Shown: one piece after another, positions 17,037 through 24,000 of the stretch | Numbering within the stretch: position 1 is the first letter of the stretch | Layout of the letters: the number at the start of each line of letters is the position of its first letter | NCBI RefSeq assembly: GCF_964200005.1 | Contig: NZ_OZ121077.1 | DNA from: Escherichia coli | GTDB taxonomy: Bacteria > Pseudomonadota > Gammaproteobacteria > Enterobacterales > Enterobacteriaceae | DNA: 24,000 nt | Direction: 5' to 3' (one strand) | Translations under genes and position numbers: made by a program | The notes under the pieces: model-generated | The model's input: only the letters and a program-made list of their open reading frames with translations | Database searches by the model: none | What the model was told of the DNA's origin: nothing

Positions 17037-18674
17037 ATGGTAACTCGGACAATGCAACAAAAGTATCAGTATGATCGTGTTTTATCCGGCGAACTCCACC
17101 CATTCCCTGGCATATACGAGGCGGTTTCCGAACAAATCCTTTTGCTCATTTTTAAAGCACGTCAACTATATCAGGATCCAGAATATCGCCCCTGGTTTGA
17201 AGAACAGCACAGAGTACTCTCTGCATTACGTGCCAATACAGAGCTCCTGAGAATCTTTAGAGAACAAAGAAGCGCTGAAGAACCAAAGCTTACTATTGAA
17301 GAGTCTACCTCCCCCCAACCCACTCCTTCTGCTCTTACAGATGCGCTTAATGTGATGTGCCATTTATACAATGGTTTTGATGAAGGAAATATCAGTCTGA
17401 AAACTTGGGGGGCGATGCAAGAGGTACAGACAACATCAACCTTTATCAGCCCAGGACCGAGAACCTGGAAAACACCTGAACTGGCAAAGTTTGTAGGAGA
17501 TGATTTATTTAATATTCTGACTGAATGTAAGGCCTGGAGTTCACCAATTCCAGCAGAAACCCGACAGGGGTATTGCCATCAGGATCTGTCTGTTGCACAC
17601 TCCTGCACCTCAGAGTTACTGGCACACCTGAATCAATATCATGAAATTGATGAATCAGCAATACTTGCCAGAGTTATTGGTATAACAGTTAACGGATTCT
17701 ACAAGAAAAATAATACAGACCTTCCAGAATGGCTATCCCCCTTTAAAGAGGAACATAAAATATTCAGAGATTGTCCGGAGCAAAATACCGGGGATGTAAT
17801 CAGACGGAAAGAACAACTGTTGAAAACAGGACGTACAGAATTCGTGAATAATTTGTGTCGGGTCGCCAACTGGTATGAAATTGAGTCAATATACGATGAA
17901 TACGTCCGTCTTTATGCCAATGAAATCATTGACTGGTTCAACAAAACCATGAAGTATTTTAAACCAACAGATTTTATCCGATATACATGGAAATTCGCAA
18001 CAGTTACTCCGGATAAAGATACAGAAACCGGGCATACAACTGCATGGGAAAAGGATTATTGCCAGATAACCATACAACGTGATGAACTTCTGAGGTTGAT
18101 TCACACCAATACCCTTCAGGATGCAGTAATTTATCTTTGTCATTGTCTGCAGAAGGAATACAAGAAATCATCCCAAAATGAGATAGAGTTCCCAGGAATA
18201 AAACCTCCGACATCAGAGAGTAAAATTAATATAACAAATAATATTAAATTTCATTCTCTCCTGGAGCTCAGTAAAGATAATGAGAAGCGTCTGGAAACAT
18301 TTCAAAAATGGTATGAAAAAAATAAAGTTTTGTTAGAAAGTCATAAACAAAAACGAACAGAGAAGATTGACGTTGCCGTACGACTTGTAGGGCTGAAAGC
18401 CTATGATCTGCATGAAGGGATTCCGGATAGTCCAAAACGAAAAGTTAAAGATGGCATAAATGAAGACATCAAAGCCGATACCAGTTTACGCCTGTCAAAG
18501 ACAAATATAAGTGATACGTCGCTAAACCGTTATCGCCGCACTGTTAAGGAGATTATCAATAACGAAATTGACGCATTCCTGTTGGAACAGAAGAAAAAAA
18601 ATAAAAGATTTCCCTACAGTGAAGATAGAGATGTGATTCGCCCTTTATGGGGAAAATGCCTGACCGGGCAGTAG
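17037..18674 (+). CDS. Uncharacterised 545-aa protein
   Basis: Long intact ORF with ordinary composition and a charged C-terminal half. No recognisable catalytic motif. Confidence 0.82.
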   Translation: MVTRTMQQKYQYDRVLSGELHPFPGIYEAVSEQILLLIFKARQLYQDPEYRPWFEEQHRVLSALRANTELLRIFREQRSAEEPKLTIEESTSPQPTPSALTDALNVMCHLYNGFDEGNISLKTWGAMQEVQTTSTFISPGPRTWKTPELAKFVGDDLFNILTECKAWSSPIPAETRQGYCHQDLSVAHSCTSELLAHLNQYHEIDESAILARVIGITVNGFYKKNNTDLPEWLSPFKEEHKIFRDCPEQNTGDVIRRKEQLLKTGRTEFVNNLCRVANWYEIESIYDEYVRLYANEIIDWFNKTMKYFKPTDFIRYTWKFATVTPDKDTETGHTTAWEKDYCQITIQRDELLRLIHTNTLQDAVIYLCHCLQKEYKKSSQNEIEFPGIKPPTSESKINITNNIKFHSLLELSKDNEKRLETFQKWYEKNKVLLESHKQKRTEKIDVAVRLVGLKAYDLHEGIPDSPKRKVKDGINEDIKADTSLRLSKTNISDTSLNRYRRTVKEIINNEIDAFLLEQKKKNKRFPYSEDRDVIRPLWGKCLTGQ

Positions 18675-18760
18675 ATCACAGATGGGATAACATCCCGGTT
18701 ATCCCCTGTTTGTTCTGCTTCAGGTTGCCAGAGCTCCAGGAACACGAGGCAATCGGCAAA

Positions 18761-19357
18761 TTATGCGGCTTTTCCATTAACAGATTCGGCCACAAGAACA
18801 ACACCGTGTTTGTTTCGATCAGGATGTTCACTCCAGATTTCTGATTCAGGAATACTTTCCCCATCATAGCAGATCCGATCACCATCAAACGGATAATACC
18901 GTGCGGAATCTGTATCTAAGATAAACACCTTAAAATTCGTTGAACGACGCGCTATATGCTGCCAGAGGGCTTTACCTCCTTCATATTGCTCGTTATCACT
19001 TAATAGTATAACGCCTGCTTTTGTGGCTATTGTTTCATAAACAAACGTAGCAAGGCTAACATCACGTACAGCGCCATCGACAACAATCCCTTCAATCTGA
19101 GCAACGTCCTGTTCTTCCCAGAATTTCCGGACAAACACCCCTTCAAGCTGTGAACGACGCTGAAGCTCCAAAGTGGCAACAACCTTATGGCGAATATCAC
19201 CATCAATAACAGAAGGTGCAGCTTCGATTACCGCAGCGAACGGAGTCTTTGGATCCCAGATGATCTGGTAAAGCACACCCTGAATAGTTACTCCATCCAG
19301 TATCGAAAAACGACGAGCTACAGTAGCAGGGGAGTAAGACATTGGAATGACAGCCAT
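18761..19357 (-). CDS. Uncharacterised 198-aa protein, possibly acetyltransferase-like
   Basis: Intact ORF. Segment TFVYETIATKAGVILLSDNEQYEGGKALWQHIARR resembles a helix/strand segment seen in some phage GNAT-like proteins; this assignment is tentative. Confidence 0.8.
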   Translation of the reverse strand: MAVIPMSYSPATVARRFSILDGVTIQGVLYQIIWDPKTPFAAVIEAAPSVIDGDIRHKVVATLELQRRSQLEGVFVRKFWEEQDVAQIEGIVVDGAVRDVSLATFVYETIATKAGVILLSDNEQYEGGKALWQHIARRSTNFKVFILDTDSARYYPFDGDRICYDGESIPESEIWSEHPDRNKHGVVLVAESVNGKAA

Positions 19358-19667
19358 TTTATGGCCTAAAATTTGAAAACATCAGCATCAATACTGACCT
19401 CATCAGTCTGAGCATATATTGATAAAGTTTTTATGTTTACACTCAATAAATACCTTGCCAAACAACTAATAGCGATGTCTACATCGCCATTCGACATGCT
19501 TACAATTTTTGTCAACAAGAAAGTGAATTTATATCAACGGTAAGAAGTAAACACGAGGACACCAAAACCAAATGTACACACTTTTGTGCTTTGTGTCCCC
19601 TGTGTGTACCCAAATGACAAACTGCAAGAAAATCTAGGCACACACTTATCTAACTTATTGATTTAAA

Positions 19668-19743
19668 TGGTGCCGATAATAGGAGTCGAACCTACGACCT
19701 TCGCATTACGAATGCGCTGCTCTACCAACTGAGCTATATCGGC
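19668..19743 (-). tRNA. thrW: tRNA-Thr (anticodon CGT)
   Basis: Minus strand: GCCGATATAGCTCAGTTGGTAGAGCAGCGCATTCGTAATGCGAAGGTCGTAGGTTCGACTCCTATTATCGGCACCA. Folds as a full cloverleaf with anticodon loop TTCGTAA and encoded CCA. Located downstream of proA. Confidence 0.98.
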
Positions 19744-19857
19744 CCTGAAAGGACATGTTCACGAACGTGAATCACGGTGGACAAGGTTAAAACTAACCGG
19801 GCGATGCGTCAATGGCCTTGTGAATCAAATGGCTACTTTTGCATCACCCGGTTTTAT

Positions 19858-21111
19858 TTACGCACGAATGGTGTAATCACCAATGCCGATCCACTTGTAA
19901 GTGGTCAGTGCTTCCAGCCCCATTGGGCCGCGCGCGTGGAGTTTTTGTGTGCTTACCGCCACTTCCGCCCCCAGTCCAAACTGGCCGCCGTCGGTAAAAC
20001 GCGTAGAGGCGTTAACGTAAACAGCGGAGGAATCCACTTCGTTAACAAAACGCTGGGCGTTGCGCATATCGCGGGTCAGGATCGCATCGGAGTGTTGCGT
20101 GCCGTGTTCACGAATATGGGCAATGGCGTCATCCAGATCGCTAACGATTTTGACGTTCAAATCTAATGACAGAAACTCATCGTCATACTCTTCGGCTTTA
20201 ACAGCCACCACCTTCGCGGGGCCTGCCTGCAACTGCGCCAGCGCGGCTGTATCAGCGTGTAACGTCACGCCGCTTTCCGCCATTTGTTTGCTTAATGCGG
20301 GCAGGAAGCTATCAGCGATGTTTTTATTCACCAGCAACGTTTCTACCGTATTACACGTGCTCGGACGCTGAGTTTTCGCGTTGACAATTACTTTCAGGGC
20401 TTCAGCGATCTCTGCGCTTTCATCAACGTAAATATGGCATACGCCTATACCGCCTGTGATCACCGGGATTGTCGACTGCTCGCGGCACAGTTTATGCAAA
20501 CCAGCCCCGCCGCGCGGGATCAGCATGTCGATGTATTTATCCATACGCAGCATTTCACTGACCAGCGCACGGTCAGGATTATCAATCGCCTGCACGGCAC
20601 CCGCCGGTAAGCCACAAGAGTTCAGGGCGTCCTGAATCACCGCCACCGTTGCAGCGTTAGTGCGACACGTTTCTTTGCCGCCGCGCAGGATCACTGCGTT
20701 ACCTGTTTTCAGGCACAGCGAAGCGACATCAACCGTCACGTTCGGGCGCGCTTCATAAATCACGCCAATAACCCCCAGCGGTACGCGACGACGCTCAAGA
20801 CGCAGGCCGCTGTCCAGTACGCCGCCATCGATTACCTGCCCCACCGGATCGGCGAGGTTGCACACCTGGCGCACATCATCGGCAATGCCTTTCAGCCGTG
20901 CGGGCGTCAGTGTCAGACGGTCAAGCATCGCTTCGCTAAGGCCATTGGCACGCGCGTCTGCAACATCCTGCGCGTTAGCGTTGAGGATACTTTCGCTTTG
21001 TGCTTCCAGTTCATCGGCGATTTTTTCCAGCACACGATTTTTTTCGCGGCTGGAGAGTTGCGCTAATTTATACGAGGCTTGCTTCGCGGCAATGCCCATT
21101 TGTTCCAGCAT
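19858..21111 (-). CDS. proA: Gamma-glutamyl phosphate reductase
   Basis: 417 aa matching ProA ([28 protein letters not shown]...). Directly downstream of proB. Confidence 0.98.
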   Translation of the reverse strand: MLEQMGIAAKQASYKLAQLSSREKNRVLEKIADELEAQSESILNANAQDVADARANGLSEAMLDRLTLTPARLKGIADDVRQVCNLADPVGQVIDGGVLDSGLRLERRRVPLGVIGVIYEARPNVTVDVASLCLKTGNAVILRGGKETCRTNAATVAVIQDALNSCGLPAGAVQAIDNPDRALVSEMLRMDKYIDMLIPRGGAGLHKLCREQSTIPVITGGIGVCHIYVDESAEIAEALKVIVNAKTQRPSTCNTVETLLVNKNIADSFLPALSKQMAESGVTLHADTAALAQLQAGPAKVVAVKAEEYDDEFLSLDLNVKIVSDLDDAIAHIREHGTQHSDAILTRDMRNAQRFVNEVDSSAVYVNASTRFTDGGQFGLGAEVAVSTQKLHARGPMGLEALTTYKWIGIGDYTIRA

Positions 21112-21122
21112 CGGCCAGCTCC

Positions 21123-22226
21123 TTAACGGGTAATCATGTCATCACGGTGAACGGCAACCGGGCCGTATTCATATCCCAGTATTGCATCAATTTCTTGCGA
21201 GTGGTGTCCGGCAATACGGCGTAATGCATCGCTGTTGTAACGACTGACGCCGTGGGCGATATCGCGACCTTCGAGGTTGCAAATACGGATGACTTCACCA
21301 CGCGAGAAATTGCCAGTCACGCTTTTAATGCCTTTCGGCAACAGGGAGCTGCCGCGTTCCAGAATGGCGGCAGTTGCCCCTTCATCTACCGTGATTTCAC
21401 CCGCAGGCGGCGCACCGAAAATCCAGCGTTTACGGTTTTCAAGCGGAGTCGCCTGGGCATGGAACAGCGTACCGACGGAAATGCCTTCCATCACATCACC
21501 AATAACGCCCGGCTTGCTGCCCGCGGCAATAATGGTGTCGATACCCGCACGGCAAGCCACGTCAGCGGCCTGCAATTTGGTGCTCATACCGCCAGTTCCG
21601 AGGCCTGAAACGCTATCACCGGCAATCGCGCGCAGTGCGTCATCAATGCCGTACACATCTTTAATCAGTTCTGCCTGCGGATTGCTGCGCGGGTCAGCGG
21701 TATACAAACCTTTTTGATCGGTCAGCAGCAACAGTTTATCGGCACCCGCCAGAATCGCCGCCAGCGCAGAAAGGTTATCGTTATCACCGACCTTAATCTC
21801 TGCCGTAGCGACAGCATCGTTCTCATTAATTACCGGAACGATATTGTTATCGAGCAACGCACGCAGGGTATCGCGGGCGTTCAGGAAGCGTTCACGATCT
21901 TCCATATCAGCACGGGTCAGCAACATCTGCCCGACATGAATGCCGTAAATTGAAAACAGCTGTTCCCACAGTTGAATCAGTCGACTCTGCCCTACCGCCG
22001 CCAGCAGCTGTTTTGAAGCGATAGTCGCTGGCAATTCCGGGTACCCCAGGTGCTCACGTCCGGCGGCAATCGCACCCGACGTCACAATAACAATCCGATG
22101 CCCGGCGGCATGTAACTGCGCGCACTGGCGAACAAGTTCAACGATATGGGCACGGTTCAGGCGGCGCGATCCGCCTGTTAGCACACTGGTGCCGAGTTTT
22201 ACCACCAGCGTCTGGCTGTCACTCAT
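21123..22226 (-). CDS. proB: Glutamate 5-kinase
   Basis: 367 aa from [44 protein letters not shown]. The track's longer N-terminus ([13 protein letters not shown]) is not part of the usual ProB. Confidence 0.98.
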
Positions 22227-22415
22227 GATTCTCTGCCATTCAATTTTAGGAAAAAATGATATCAAACGAACGTTTTAGCAGGACTGTCGTCGGTTGCCAA
22301 CCATCTGCGAGCAAAGCATGGCGTTTTGTTGCGCGGGATCAGCAAGCGTAGCGGCAGTTGTTTACGCTTTTATTACAGATTTAATAAATTACCACATTTT
22401 AAGAATATTATTAAT

Positions 22416-22433
22416 CTGTAATATATCTTTAAC
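22416..22433 (+). promoter_or_regulatory. Pho box of phoE
   Basis: CTGTAATATATCTTTAAC, about 80-100 bp upstream of the phoE ATG. Matches the two-CTGTNAT-like-half-site layout bound by PhoB. Confidence 0.75.
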
Positions 22434-22514
22434 AATCTCAGGTTAAAAACTTTCCTGTTTTCAACGGGACTCTCCCGCTGAATATTCGCGCGTTAATTAA
22501 AATCAGGAATGAAA

Positions 22515-23570
22515 ATGAAAAAGAGCACTCTGGCATTAGTGGTGATGGGCATTGTGGCATCTGTATCCGTACAGGCCGCAGAAATATATAACAAAGACGG
22601 TAATAAACTGGATGTCTATGGCAAAGTTAAAGCCATGCATTATATGAGTGATAATGACAGTAAAGATGGCGACCAGAGTTATATCCGTTTTGGTTTTAAA
22701 GGCGAAACACAAATTAACGATCAACTGACTGGTTATGGTCGTTGGGAAGCTGAGTTTGCCGGTAATAAAGCGGAGAGTGATACTGCACAGCAAAAAACGC
22801 GTCTCGCTTTTGCCGGGTTGAAATATAAAGATTTGGGTTCTTTCGATTATGGTCGTAACCTGGGCGCGTTGTATGACGTGGAAGCCTGGACCGATATGTT
22901 CCCGGAATTTGGTGGCGACTCCTCGGCGCAGACCGACAACTTTATGACCAAACGCGCCAGCGGTCTGGCGACGTATCGGAACACCGACTTCTTCGGCGTT
23001 ATCGATGGCCTGAACTTAACCCTGCAATATCAAGGGAAAAACGAAAACCGCGACGTTAAAAAGCAAAACGGCGATGGCTTCGGCACGTCATTGACATATG
23101 ACTTTGGTGGCAGCGATTTCGCCATCAGTGGAGCCTATACCAACTCTGATCGCACCAACGAGCAGAACCTGCAAAGCCGTGGCACAGGCAAGCGTGCAGA
23201 AGCATGGGCAACAGGTCTGAAATACGATGCCAATAATATTTATCTGGCAACTTTCTATTCTGAAACACGTAAAATGACGCCAATCTCTGGCGGCTTTGCC
23301 AATAAGACGCAGAACTTTGAAGCGGTCGCTCAATACCAGTTTGACTTTGGTCTGCGTCCATCGCTGGGTTATGTCTTATCGAAAGGGAAAGATATTGAGG
23401 GCATCGGTGATGAAGATCTGGTCAATTATGTCGATGTTGGTGCTACGTATTATTTCAACAAAAATATGTCAGCGTTTGTTGATTATAAAATCAACCAACT
23501 GGATAGCGATAACAAATTGAATATTAATAATGATGATATTGTCGCGGTTGGCATGACCTATCAGTTTTAA
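22515..23570 (+). CDS. phoE: Outer membrane phosphoporin PhoE
   Basis: [46 protein letters not shown]...VAVGMTYQF. Porin with C-terminal Phe; start at the second ATG with CAGGA upstream. Confidence 0.98.
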   Translation: MKKSTLALVVMGIVASVSVQAAEIYNKDGNKLDVYGKVKAMHYMSDNDSKDGDQSYIRFGFKGETQINDQLTGYGRWEAEFAGNKAESDTAQQKTRLAFAGLKYKDLGSFDYGRNLGALYDVEAWTDMFPEFGGDSSAQTDNFMTKRASGLATYRNTDFFGVIDGLNLTLQYQGKNENRDVKKQNGDGFGTSLTYDFGGSDFAISGAYTNSDRTNEQNLQSRGTGKRAEAWATGLKYDANNIYLATFYSETRKMTPISGGFANKTQNFEAVAQYQFDFGLRPSLGYVLSKGKDIEGIGDEDLVNYVDVGATYYFNKNMSAFVDYKINQLDSDNKLNINNDDIVAVGMTYQF

Positions 23571-23577
23571 TGGATAT

Positions 23578-23600
23578 TGCCGGATGTGATGCATCCGGCA
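23578..23600. terminator. REP-like / terminator stem-loop between convergent phoE and crl
   Basis: TGCCGGATG-TGATG-CATCCGGCA. Confidence 0.55.
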
Positions 23601-23608
23601 CATTTCAT

Positions 23609-24000
<392 letters not shown>

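Overview
The window is E. coli-type chromosome. A conserved backbone (crl partial, phoE, proB, proA, thrW tRNA) sits at the right end (about 19668-24000), and a mosaic accessory island abuts the 3' end of thrW. Supported island contents, left to right: (i) a two-partner/contact-dependent inhibition locus on the minus strand, ordered cdiB, HlyC-type acyltransferase (cdiC), cdiA N-terminus running off the left edge; (ii) a complete 1264-bp IS600-like element next to an internal relic of an SF2 helicase; (iii) a remnant end of an IS66-family element and a frameshifted ISL3-type transposase; (iv) a KAP-family P-loop NTPase gene interrupted in frame by a complete 2532-bp IS66-family element with a perfect 8-bp target duplication; (v) a CP4/P4-like module of inovirus Gp2/YfjJ-like protein, a ~970-bp ORF-poor hairpin-rich region, a YfjI-like DUF3987 protein, a truncated N-terminal duplicate of it, and an AlpA-like regulator; (vi) two uncharacterised ORFs (545 and 198 aa) next to thrW. 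The best candidates for follow-up are the KAP NTPase that can be rebuilt in silico, the hairpin-rich region between the replication-like genes, the duplicated leader and N-terminus of the DUF3987 gene, the GATC-bracketed palindrome upstream of cdiB, and the two orphan ORFs at the tRNA end. No integrase, CRISPR array or intact multi-gene defence operon is visible.
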